Below, piece after piece: positions 14,047 to 27,064 of a stretch of 64,000 nt of DNA. Position 1 is the stretch's first letter. The number at the start of each line of letters is the position of its first letter. The DNA is from the human T2T-CHM13v2.0 reference genome, Homo sapiens, in NCBI RefSeq assembly GCF_009914755.1, contig NC_060935.1. One strand, 5' to 3'. The notes below the pieces were generated by a model that was not told where the DNA came from, ran no database searches, and saw only the letters and a program-made list of their open reading frames with translations. Position numbers and translations under genes: made by a program.

Positions 14047-15563
14047 AAAAGGGAGTATATATGAGAGAGACAATTCTGACCCTAAAGTTAAGTATCTGTT
14101 ACCCAGCCCATGTGCCAATATGTATAAGTGATAGAAATTCTTCAGAAATAAGCAGTGAACTTGAGGGAAAACAAAACACTTTTTTTCCCCAAGTCACACC
14201 GTAGTTCATACGAATAGCTGCTGATACAAATGAGTAGGATGAATGCCATTAAAGCAACTACACTTCCCCATCCCTTTTTATTTTTTCTTAGCAGCTGCAT
14301 CCTTCTAGAAAACAACCACTCTCCCTCACCTGGTTTCTCTCTTAATCAATAGCAAGTACTTTGCAAAATTGCAGAATGGATTTGTAATCAAGTCAAAAAC
14401 CTGGAAAAGAACAATGCTACTGCACTATAGAAACCCTTGACCTTGATGTCTTGAACATCACTTCCTAAACCCTTAGCTGACTAGCAGACTATGAGAAATA
14501 AATTATCATGTTTAACATGAAATTACATTTCCCAAAAAGTCCATTTTTACATTGTAATGTTCTCACTCAAAATACACACGGGAATGTCATTAAAAGAAAT
14601 GTTATTGGTCAAAAATATAATGTTTCTAATGTTACTTGCAGAATAAAACAATATTAAGAAAGAGGAATTGCAGAGATGAAGGTTGATCAAAATATAATTT
14701 ACTTCGAATGTTATCACATACCCATAAAAATAATCAAAAGGAAATGACGAGTTGTAGTAACCATGATTTCTTAAATGGAAATAGGCTACACTGTGAGTAA
14801 TTCAAATTTTACTAACTACAATCTCTTGAAATGCAGGATATGAAATTATAGGACAATATTAACTTGACAAACTTAACATGGAATATCTGCTATGAAAATC
14901 AAAAGTATTTAAATTCCCTAAGCTTTTAGTACCAAAACCACTTTAGCCAAGTATGAGTTGTTCTTTATCTCTCTCAAAGATGCAATAGCAAAGTAGTAGA
15001 GGACATTTAGCGATCTTGTCCTGACAAATAACCAATTCACCTTTTTTCCCAGTATATTCTTAAGTATTGATTTTACCAAGTGAACTCCAACATGTGTCAC
15101 ACTTATCCAATACAGATGCTTTTCCTTGGAAATGTAGTTTGAACATCAATCAGTCACCTGGCCTTTCACCTTCAATTTCTATTGCCACTGTCTGTCAACT
15201 ATTAAAGCTTGCCCATTTCTCCAAATGTTATTTTTAGAAACTGAAATATGCCATGACCATTGTGAAAAATTTGTTTCTTGGAAAAGTGTGCAAATGTTCA
15301 CATGAGTAAATTCCTTCATTACAATTACTTTTCTGAATTGGAAACTAGTTAAAGCTTATAAATACACATTTCAAAGATCTCTAGGTATTTTCTTTTAAAA
15401 TCTGTTTCCTGAATAATAATATCACCACTTGTAATATTACCAGTTTGAGGAAGACAACATTAAAAGAAATTCAAGCTAAGTGGCATTGTTATAAGTGTTT
15501 TCAAATGGAGCAGAATGCTTCTGCTCTGGCTGAATCCAATGAGAGGCACAGAACGACACCCAC

Positions 15564-15734
15564 CTTAAGCTGCAGGCCTCCTGGGACAAGCGTGTTTGCT
15601 GGAAGGCTTTTAATGTGTTGGTAGACATAAGAGGAGAATTGCTCCTGCTCAGCCTGTAATTGGGGGCCAAGTTTACAGAGATGACCTATGTTACTTTTGA
15701 TAGCTGTCTGCAATTCATCAATCAGCCTGCTCAC
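15564..15734 (-). CDS. DCDC1: Internal coding exon of DCDC1 (171 nt, phase 0-0), VSRLIDELQ...PGGLQLK
   Basis: Branch-point-like GCTAAC, then ccccttcAG|GTG AGC AGG...CTT AAG|GTGGGT; 57 open codons within ORF 15501..15734. Peptide recognised as DCDC1. Confidence 0.9.
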
Positions 15735-16699
15735 CTGAAGGGGTTAAATTACAAGAGTTGTTAGCGAGAAGTAATTGTTGATGTCACACCTATTAGATTT
15801 TTGAGTACCTAGCTTGATGGGGGGAAAATGACTTCAATACAGGAATTTGAGTACAGATCTATCCTCAAGTAAAAACAATGAAAGAGATATACATTCCTAC
15901 ATCTACTTTTATTTATGAAAAAATGTCTAACATTTTCACTTCAGTAATATGGGGTAGGTAGCCCTTTACAATTGTTGAATGAAAAATATCTCTGGATATG
16001 AAAAGAAACATATACATTTGACAAGTTTGCAAAGGACTTTTAAACTGTTTAACAAAATAAAACCCTCCTAGGACTTTAAATAATCCAATGTATGTAACCT
16101 ACCACCAAATATTTCATTTCACTACATGTATCTTCCTTTTTAGAATATTTTATTTTATTATGTGTAACATTTAAATTTTCAATATATATATTAAATTCAT
16201 TATCATTTTGTTGACCTTTAAAGTTAACCTATTATCTTCCTCCCAAATATTCCAATACTTTTTCCCACATTTCATAGATACAATTTTCTAAAATGTATAT
16301 AACTTCAAAGACAATGCTCTGTTCTGGAAAATATTTTAAATATATATTAATGTCAAAATAAAACGTATAGTTTTTCCAGAAACACCAAAGGCTAAGGAAT
16401 CTGTAACCTTGATTTTTAAATTTCTAGACTTCTACTTGGTATATTTTAGACAGACATATGAGCCTTACTTGTGGATTATTAATAGCAGTAGTTAACATTT
16501 TCACCCATATAGTTTACAAATTAAGAATCATTACCATTCTTTGACTCTTCACTGTTTTATGTAAACTTATATTCTCTCTAGTAGGCTGGATTCTTACATA
16601 AACACTGGTTGATATTATGGTAGTGACCATAAGAGATGAAAAACAGAAATCTACCTCATCTGTGATTCTTCAAATTAAACAAATTAGACCCATTTAGAA

Positions 16700-16900
16700 T
16701 TATGAGTAAGTTTGAATAGAGCATTGACATCGAAAACGTGGGTTAAAATCCTGGATTCATCACTTACTGACTGGGAGACTTTGCACAGGTAATAAAATCT
16801 TTGTCTATAAATGAAGAATAACACTGGCTTTACATATTGATAATTAAATGAGATGAAAAAATGGAGAGCCCACTGTCTAACCTACAGTAAGTGGCCAATG
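16700..16900 (+). mobile_element. MIR fragment
   Basis: ggttaaaatcctggattcatcacttactgactgggagactttgcacagg...ctataaatgaagaataac. Confidence 0.55.
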
Positions 16901-17492
16901 TACTGGTATATTTTTATAGTGTTTCCTTTTTGAAATCTAGGTGTTTTCTGCATAACAAGTTTTAATTTTTTATTTCTTGGTCTATCTTTTCTATCTCTAT
17001 CACTATTTCACATGAGGAAGTCAGAAATTCCAAACTATTTGCTGTGTAGATCCTACAGCTCATTTCAATATTCACAGATAAAATGGAAAATCCTTCTACA
17101 AGAGTCTTCCCTGTACTTACATCTCATCCACTTCTTTGTCAGCTAAAAATATGGTATTTGCCCCGCCTATATTCTAATTCTGATGTTAAATCCATTATTT
17201 CTATCCCTTCTGCAGAGCATTCAGAGAAGTTAGTGACAGCCAGTGTGCACTATTACTCATATGACCTAAATATGTATTATCTACTCTACTTATTTAGTTC
17301 AAGTTTATATGTATATGTATACATATAAATTTCAATTACATTTGACTTTTACCAAGACCTTTACAAGTGTTACATGCATAGAAACAAGTTAACTTAAAAT
17401 GATTCCTATTTTACTTTCTTTTCCCATATCCCTCTTATTTGTTCCTATGTAATAAATTGTCTACTCCATTTAAATAATCCTTTCTTCTAAAC

Positions 17493-17726
17493 AAAGTGTT
17501 GGCAAACTTGTTTTAAAAAGGGTCACATAGTAAATATTTTTGGCTTTGTAGGCCATAAGGTATCTGTCAAAATTATCTAACCCTACAATTGTATTTGGAA
17601 AGCAGACACAGACGATATGTAAATGAATGGGCATGGCTGTGTTGAAATAAAACTTTATTTACAAAAAAAAATAATAATAAGCTGCAGGCTAGATTTGTCC
17701 CCAGGGCTATATTTTGCAGATCCCTC
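17493..17726 (+). mobile_element. MER58A
   Basis: MER58 body; 8-bp TSD ttctaaa(c/t). Confidence 0.8.
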
Positions 17727-18399
17727 TTCTAAATATGTATATGTCATATCCATTCTTTCATTTCTTATAAGTAATAGCCCTCAATCCCCTCATCCCCCTC
17801 CCCAGTTTGGATTAACAAAATACCTACTAAGCGGTCTCCCTGTTCCCATCTCTTCCCCTCCATGCCATTAGGTCACCTCCACCAAATTCATCCACCTTGA
17901 AAAGTATATTAAACCACCTAGCTGCTCCTTCAGATTCTTGAGCTTGGTATTCAAGATTCTAAGACCCTTTATAATCTGATCTCTACCTGGCTTTATGGCT
18001 CATATTCCCATCAGACCCCTCTCCTCTAACCAAATGTCTCTTCTCACTGTCCCCTTGCACACACATACACGCATCCCTTCCATTTCTAAAGTATCATAAG
18101 TTAGATAATGTTTAACCCAACACTCTGATCCCACAAATGAGGAAATTGCATCCCAGAAAAGTTAATTTGCCAAGGATACTCAGATAATTAATACTGGCAC
18201 TGAAATTAAAGTGTATGTCGCTTGATGCCTAGGCCATAGTTTTATGACTCATTCCTCTCTTATATCCAAGTCCACTCATCAGAAACCCCACTTCCTCTAG
18301 CAGACCTTCCAGCACTTAGTACCTGGATATTACCATCTGGCACTTAATCAAAGTCAGCTGTCTATTGTTCATTCTTTACTAATAATTCTATTAGTATTA

Positions 18400-18745
18400 T
18401 ATGTGACATATATGTGACATCAGAATTCCTATGTGATTTGCTTTGGCCAGTGAAATACGAACAGAAGTAACATATGCCACTTCTTAGCAGAAGTTTTAAG
18501 AACCATTGTGCAGTTCTGCCATTGCTCTCTTCCGCCTGCCCACCCCACCCCATGAAAACAGTAATGTCCCAATAGAAACTGCTCCTTCAAGCCGTATCTC
18601 AGACTGAGAAAGACATACTGGTGAGAGCCACAAACAACCAGTAGCCAACATGTAAAGTGAGCAAAAAATGAATACTTGTTTTAAGTCACTCAGCTATTGG
18701 GCTCCTTGACTTATACAGCACAATCTACCAAAAGCTGATAAACAC
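18400..18745 (+). mobile_element. MLT1-family MaLR LTR
   Basis: gtgatttgctttggccagtgaaat...cagaagt...tgttttaagtcact...gctgataaaca. Confidence 0.6.
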
Positions 18746-18959
18746 ATTGCATTCTACTAAATCCCTACAATCCTATATAACTTATATAGTAGGTTACTAA
18801 GAGTCAGCCTTTAACTGTAAATTCAAATGAGAGTCTAGAAATTTCTATCATCTATTCATAAGGAAGACCCTCATGCCAGTGAAATTTGGACAAAACTTTG
18901 GATATCATGGGAATGGAAGGCAGAGACAATACAGGGAGGTCAGGAGGAATCCTAAGGGA

Positions 18960-19102
18960 AACAGAAAAAAGAAAATGAGATAAAGAAAACAAAATTAATG
19001 AAAAGAAAAAGAAAAGAAAAGGAAGGAAGAAATTAAAGGGAGAAGGTGATTGGGGGAAATGAGAAGGGAAGAAAGAGAAAGAAGATGTGAAAAAGAAAAG
19101 AA
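18960..19102. repeat. GA-rich purine tract
   Basis: Low-complexity A/G run. Confidence 0.7.
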
Positions 19103-21407
19103 TGGTGTTTATAGGCTATAAAATCCAGTGACAAGTTTCTCTCGTTATCCTCCTTTTCTTACTTTTTGGAATGAATTTCCATGCTTTCCATAGTACTGTT
19201 AATTCTACAAGAAAGTTGTAATATTTAAAATATGGAAATAATAAATGATCCAGTATTAGCCTATGCTTTCAGCCTCATTTTCACCACCAGATCATACTAC
19301 CCTCCAGCAGTATTATCCTTAAAAAACAATGGATAATAGTGTATAACATCCTTGAAGCTAAAGACCAATACAGGACAGGTGGCTTGCATTTATGGTTATC
19401 TGATGAAATTAAAATCCAAGAATGAAAGGCCCTAAATAGAAGGACTCCATTTCCGAAAAATACTGGTCCTCTCTGAACCCATCTCCAGCATCATGTGATT
19501 TAGGAAGATACAATGTTATGCAGTCTTTAAAGTCTACTAAGTATCATGCATTGTATTTCACTAGTCAATTATAATGTTCTCTATAATTTCATGTACTGCA
19601 CCTTGTGCTATAGCAAGTCACACACAAAAAAAGGGAGGAAACTCAGACTTTGATTTGAGGGCATTTTTATACATGACTGGTTTTACTGTCACAATCCATA
19701 GCCTTTCACTGATAGGGGATTTCATGTGACATCAAAAATCAACCAACCATACAATTGATGATGTCATTTGCACTCTAAAGGGCTATTGGCTAAAGTCTTA
19801 AAAGTTTCATCCGGCATAGATTTTTGGTTGCTTCAGAAACCTTCTCTACTATTTTTATTGGCTCCAGGATAATCTGTTAACATATGTGAAACAAAATTAC
19901 ACCAATTATCACCTGATTTTTAAAAATAACTTAAAACTCTCAAGGTATCTAGCAAAGATTAACATATCTTAAACACAGGAGAAAATATATCAAGAATCCT
20001 GTCACTGACATTTTGATAATGTTTCCATTCAGTTTTACTCAAACTTGATGTTACTTTACATATTCATAAGGTCTTTTATCCCCAAAGTGTTATGTTTTGT
20101 TCTCAGTTATTATGATAACATGTCATCCTAAAAGACAACTCTACACATGAAATAACTCATATACTAAAATCAGGTAGGTAATATAATACTCATGAATTAT
20201 TTTACATAATATGATTTTTTTTCCCAATCACAGATATTGCTAAAAGGGGGAAAGTGTTCTTTAAAATTCTTCAACGTGAATCTTTTTTTTTCTTCAAATC
20301 CTTTTTTTTTCCTCTACAAAGGCAATGTGAATAGGGGTAAAAGAAGACAAAACTTGACCTTTTGTGATCCCAGCATTAATGGGTCTGTTCATAATTCAAT
20401 CTATGTGTGTGTGGGGGCATCCATGTGGAAACATAGAGGCCTGAGAGACATAAAGCCTTTCCCTTTAAACATTATCTGACCCTATCAGTCCCATTCACAA
20501 AAGAAGGCTTACGTATGCATATGTTGAAAAAATGCACCATCTCATTGTGCAGCAGAAAGCCTACACATTCTACTCTTCATTCTCCGTGGAAATGCAGCAC
20601 GGAAGTGACACTTGTACAGAATTTGGGAGAGTGACAAATAAGCAGAAGGTAGCAAAAAAATATTGAATATTCTGGTGAGAAAACAAACCCAAACTTCTGA
20701 AAGAATACAAATGTGCACATGTCTATAAACATACAGACAGGTTTTTGCATAACATGTAGGGCAGTTTGATCATGTTTGTATGGTGTATGCAAGCAACCTT
20801 TGAATTCAATTAAATTCTCAAGATGATTTATAGTCAGAGCAAAGTGTTATTCTGTTTATAATCAGTCTTCAAAAGCAGACATGTTGAAGCTATGCATTTC
20901 TGAGCCATACATTGTGAATACTGTACATTGGCTATTATTAATGACTCTTTGTGGAGCTCCTGGTTTTTCTAGTGATGAGTTCAGCTGTCAGCCTGAATTC
21001 TGTGTGGGCTTGAATCCACCCATGTTATTAAGGAGAAATCCAGAGCACTTTGCACAGAACTGTCACTTGAAATCAGCACAAACGGTGGCAGCCTCTATAC
21101 TAGGAACGTCATCTAGGCATGTAACACACGGAATGGTCTCAAAGCCAGGTCAGCACTTCAATTTAAGATCAGGAAACTTTCTAATTAACAGCATATTTAA
21201 GATGAAACATAAAGGAGGCAGGGAAATAAAATTAGTATTTTAAACTGCCTAAAATCTCTTCTTGGTTTCAGGGCCAATAATACAATGTTTTAAGCGGTAA
21301 GAAGGAAACAGAACCCTAATTTGTTGAATGAAGATTGGAAAAAACATGGGAGCCTGAGAGCAAAGTGAACTATCCCTTGATTTGGAAGTTGAGCTGGGTG
21401 TAACTAA

Positions 21408-21823
<416 letters not shown>

Positions 21824-22089
21824 TGAGATGAGAAACATATTGGAGGTAGATCTAACCTATTTTCAGCCAGAGGTACCTTATGTGCTGCTTTTAGGCCTAT
21901 TCAACTATCTAACATCATACCCATCCACTCATGGGAGAAGGAACAATTGAAAACAGACAACTTCACTGTCTTCATAACTCTTCTGGCAATGGGGTTATGT
22001 TGATAGCAACAAGGATGATGTCAATTATACCTATGGGGACAGCTATGACATTGTGTCTCATAGACCTCTAACTCCAAGAGCATAAGTGA

Positions 22090-22442
22090 CCATGGGTACC
22101 ATCTACTGTGCTCTGAAATCCATCCCCAGGTTAGCACCAATGTCTGAGGATACTAAGGCAGGTCTATCCCTGAGAGTCACAGGACTCCTCTGATGGCCAA
22201 GTTTGGCTCAAAAATCCACCAACAGTTTTGCCAAATCTTTAGACTTCACAGTGGTCCAGGATGTTTTCACCCAACCTTCCTTTCCTCCCTCATTTGGGTC
22301 AGGCCTGCATTTCAGTCTGACAGATTTCTCAGCCTTATCCAGTGCTCTCTCCATTTTCTCTCATAGGCATTTCTTCTAATAACATTCTACACATTTAATG
22401 TCATCTTGGTACCTACATTATACAGAACCTGGAATAATGCAC
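22090..22442 (+). mobile_element. Old ERVL-type LTR fragment (LTR40-like)
   Basis: Resembles ERVL LTR 3' end (ttctaataacattctacacatttaat...cttggt...gaacctggaataatgca). Confidence 0.4.
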
Positions 22443-22489
22443 TTTTATACTGATAATAATAAGTCATATGCAAATTTCCAAAAGGCTTA

Positions 22490-22800
<311 letters not shown>

Positions 22801-25067
22801 ATTTTAAAAAAGCTTAACATATATCATCACCTCAAAGTGGTTTTACGATGCATACGTTACTGTTACTCCCAAATTTCATGTGGAAAATTATGTGAAATGA
22901 AACAAGATTTTAAGATAAAACTGTAGGCAGTGGAAGATCTAAATCTCAGATTTTATGATGTTTAATTTGGGTTTTGAGAATTATCTAAGAATGTATTTGT
23001 ATACAAATCATAGGAAAAATATTGAAGTAAATTCACCACCAAATTTTTCCTTTCTCTTTTCCATTAGGATTTCCTTTCTCTGTATGTTGATTAGACTTGA
23101 TGCTTTAGCCCTAAAAGTTTTAGACTTTTTCTAATCAAAAGTTTTTTAAGCTATTCAACAGTCTAACTTCCTCATCCACTCAAGGAGTAAGAAACAACTG
23201 AAAATAGTGTTATCTTAAATGCCTTCATAACTCACCTGGCAAGAGAGTTATGTTAGTGGTAACAAGGACTTTTCTAAAAAGAGTCTTTTAGATTTTTTCT
23301 AACAAAAAGTTAGAACTTACACATCCAGATTAATATAATCACTTTCCAAGTAATCACACAGAAATTATCTTCAGAGGCTATGGAATATATTTAGAAAGTA
23401 TCAGATGTACACACACATATGAACATACACATACATGAATATGTATTCTCCTCGCTGTGTATTTGTTTTTGAAGTAAGCAAAAGACTTTTTGAGCCAGAG
23501 CTGAAAAAGCAAATATATGACAAACTAAGGCATTGTGTAAGAAGAACACTGAAATATATAGTGCTAAAAAAATAAAGATGATGATAACAAAGAAGAAACA
23601 CCAAATAAACATAATTGCCATTAGATTTTCCAGAAAAGATAATTTTCATTTCCAATGTTGCTAACAAGGTAAGATTTAAAACTACGTATTTGCTATACTG
23701 ATCATTTTCCAAGGCCACTTCAAGTTTTTAGTCATTGAAATTTTAATTTTGCATAAAATATCAAAAGGCAAAATAATTACAATGTTTAAAAGGAAAATAA
23801 TCTGTCATTCTTTTACAATATTTTCTATTTAATCTCTAATGATAATTGGTATTGCTATAGATATTATTTTAATTATACTAATTAATCTAGAGAGACTTCT
23901 TTGCATTTCCCAAAGTTTCCAAGATACATGGTAGATTCACTTTTAGCTTACTGTGAAAATGTAATTAAATTCTCCAATTCTGGTAAAACATTTTTCAAAC
24001 ACACAGAGAATGATATTTTTTCAAATTTATAATTAACAACCTAGTCTTGTAACTTGTTAATATTCAGGAGAATGAGTCAGAACTATAATTTAAATCTGTG
24101 TAATTGCTATTTATTACATTTTAGAAATGGTTTAATTTTCCTTATGAAATATTATCTACTGAGATGGCTAATCAATTTTTACAATATAGTCTTTAATACC
24201 AGACAAGTGTGTCCCAAATACTAATATGGTCTCTAATGTAAGAATAGAATTTACACAGGAAAATTTGGTGCATGCTACCTGTTCATCTATTACAAAACAC
24301 ATGGTTAGTAAGGAAGATGAAATCATAATAAGAAATACCAAAACCCTGAAGCTTGAATGCATTTATTTACCAAAATATCAAAAAAGAAATATATGAAAAG
24401 TTTATTTTTAAAATATTCACATTATCTTATTTCTGAAGTTACTTTGGATTTTTACTGACAGTGGTACATAGAAATTAGAAAATTCACATTCTTTCCTTAG
24501 AAAGATTAAATGCTTTTGCATTCCAGGAAACGACATGAAAATCATTTTCCCCTTTTGTCTAACACCAATTTTGTATTATTTCATTTATGGACTATGCTGT
24601 CAACTTTACAGCATGAGCTTTGAAGAGAAGAAGGTTTGCTTTAATAATAATATTGTTCCTCATTACAATATTGCCTACAGAATCTTCTGATTAGCTCACT
24701 TAGGCTTAACATTTGTAAACTATAGTTTTCCCTTGATAAAAAATAACTTTGTTAGTATTTCTAAAATTCAGAACAATAACTCTATTCTTAGAAAACCAGA
24801 TGTAACAGCAAGATATAGTATTTATCAAAAATTCAAAAAATTTTTGTTTTTCCTATGTTGGTAGGTTTTATAACTTCCAGTTTCAAATTGCATGTAACAA
24901 TTTACTAATTTAGAAAACTTATGAGAAAATATTCATGAGACTTTTTTCAGAAAATTATATTTTGATTTATTCTTTCAAGTATACAATTACTTTTCATGCT
25001 GTCTATGTCAATAAAATGATACCCGGTTGTGATCACTTTGTTTCTATCATAAGTTGTTTTCAGTTAA

Positions 25068-25429
<362 letters not shown>

Positions 25430-25473
25430 CTCATTGCAGTTTTAAAATACAGTTTACAAAGTAATTTCCTTAC

Positions 25474-25566
25474 TTCTTCCTGTTCCTTATGGTGTTCCTT
25501 TGCCGTCATTGAAAGAATGACTTTTTCTGTAATTTTCTCCTTCTGTTCATTCATGACCAGGTTCAA
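25474..25566 (-). CDS. DCDC1: Internal coding exon of DCDC1 (93 nt, phase 0-0), LNLVMNEQKEKITEKVILSMTAKEHHKEQEE
   Basis: Minus strand reads tttatttgttttttctAG|TTG AAC CTG...GAA GAA|GTAAGG, 31 open codons. The peptide matches my recollection of DCDC1 and joins in frame to the exon at 15564-15734. Confidence 0.9.
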
Positions 25567-26752
25567 CTAGAAAAAACAAATAAACAGCATGAAAGCAGGT
25601 ATCTATTGACACCTAATAGCAACATTTATTCAAACAACTAGTTAAGCATAATCATGAATGTGATTTGATATTAATTTTGATGATACGTACATGAAAATAA
25701 ACTCTGAATTTCATTTTTATATTTAAAACATTTAACAAACTGAATCTTTTACTTTCAATCTTTTATTGTTTTGAGGATTACTAAAGATGACTTAGGGCAA
25801 GAGTGTCCTTAACTGCAGATATTAGACACTGATGAGTACTTTTTTAAAGCACTTCATTAAAATGGACACAGCAACTTTTTAAAAAAAATTAGGTTAATAT
25901 TTCTATTAAATCCTTTCATTATGCATAGGGAGTAAATTGTTTGCTGTTATGTCGGGATAAGAAGTCAATGACATAAACTAAATGTGTCAGTTCAACAGTC
26001 TAGAATGGTGCTAAATCACTTATAATATTTCATGACAAAGGATCATGTATCTAAATACATAAACAGTTACTTTGAACCTGCTCCATTTACAAAGCTAGAT
26101 AAAGGTCTTCTACTACTGCTGCCAACCCATGTGTTACAAAAAAATGAATGTGGCCCATTCTATATTTCTTTATAAATAATCCTTATAGAAACAAATGCTA
26201 TTTTCATGCTAAACATGCAATTGTTATGTTTTATATGAAATTCTTATTTTCAAACAAAAATGATGTTAAACTCCCAAAATAATATTTGCTCAACAGACTG
26301 ACATTAATAGAGAACAAGAGCCTAACAGAGAACCCTCTGAATTGGAATATTTAATAATTCTTTAGCAACGGACTTGCCATACCATATTTCCTTATTGAGG
26401 ATTGGAGTAAAAATGAATAACGACCATGTTTTTACATTTTGTTTTGTTAGTGTTGTTATTTGAAGTAAGCTTTCTCAATTGTATGCCTGGAAAATCATGT
26501 CTGAGTGAACATAAATCTTTAATCCAAACCCTACCTGAAGACTTACTCCTATATTTGGCATAAAATAGAGGAAGGGAGGTTCAAAAATATGACCTCTTGA
26601 ATCTAGATGTGCATATATACTAGAATAATAGTATTAAACCTGTAGACACTTCATCTGATGATATGAGACACAGCTAAGTATATCAGAGATTCCGTTTTGT
26701 TAGAGAGAAAAGGCCCAGGAATCTTTTGGTGATTCTGATGATCACCCTAGAT

Positions 26753-27064
26753 AAGGAGTTGGGAAATGTTTCTGTAAAGGGCCAGATCGTAAATATTTTA
26801 GGCTTTATGGGGGTGGGGGGAGAATACAATCTCTGTTGCAATTACTTGACTCTGCCATTGTAGCATGAAATAGACACTAAATATATATACACACACATTA
26901 TATATATATACACGTATATACATATCTATTTCATGCTACAATGGCAGAGTCATGTATATATATGTATATGAGCATGACTGTGCTTCAACAAAACTTTAAA
27001 AAACAACAATAACAACATGTGGCAGGCTGAATTTGGCCAACAAGCAGTGGTTGGCCAATCCCTG
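26753..27064 (+). mobile_element. MER58A carrying an internal (TA/CA)n tract and an inverted duplication
   Basis: MER58 body; 8-bp TSD ccctaga(t/c) at 26745-26752 and 27065-27072. Confidence 0.82.

Noticed and set aside
15501-15563. ORF extension VGVVLCLSLDSARAEAFCSI* beyond the exon donor
   Set aside because: Read-through past the AAG|GTGGGT donor into intron; no evidence for a terminal exon.
23118-23311. 23/26 direct repeat (ttttagaYtttttctaa..aaaagtt) ~170 bp apart
   Set aside because: Low-complexity AT-rich sequence with no recognisable element between the copies.
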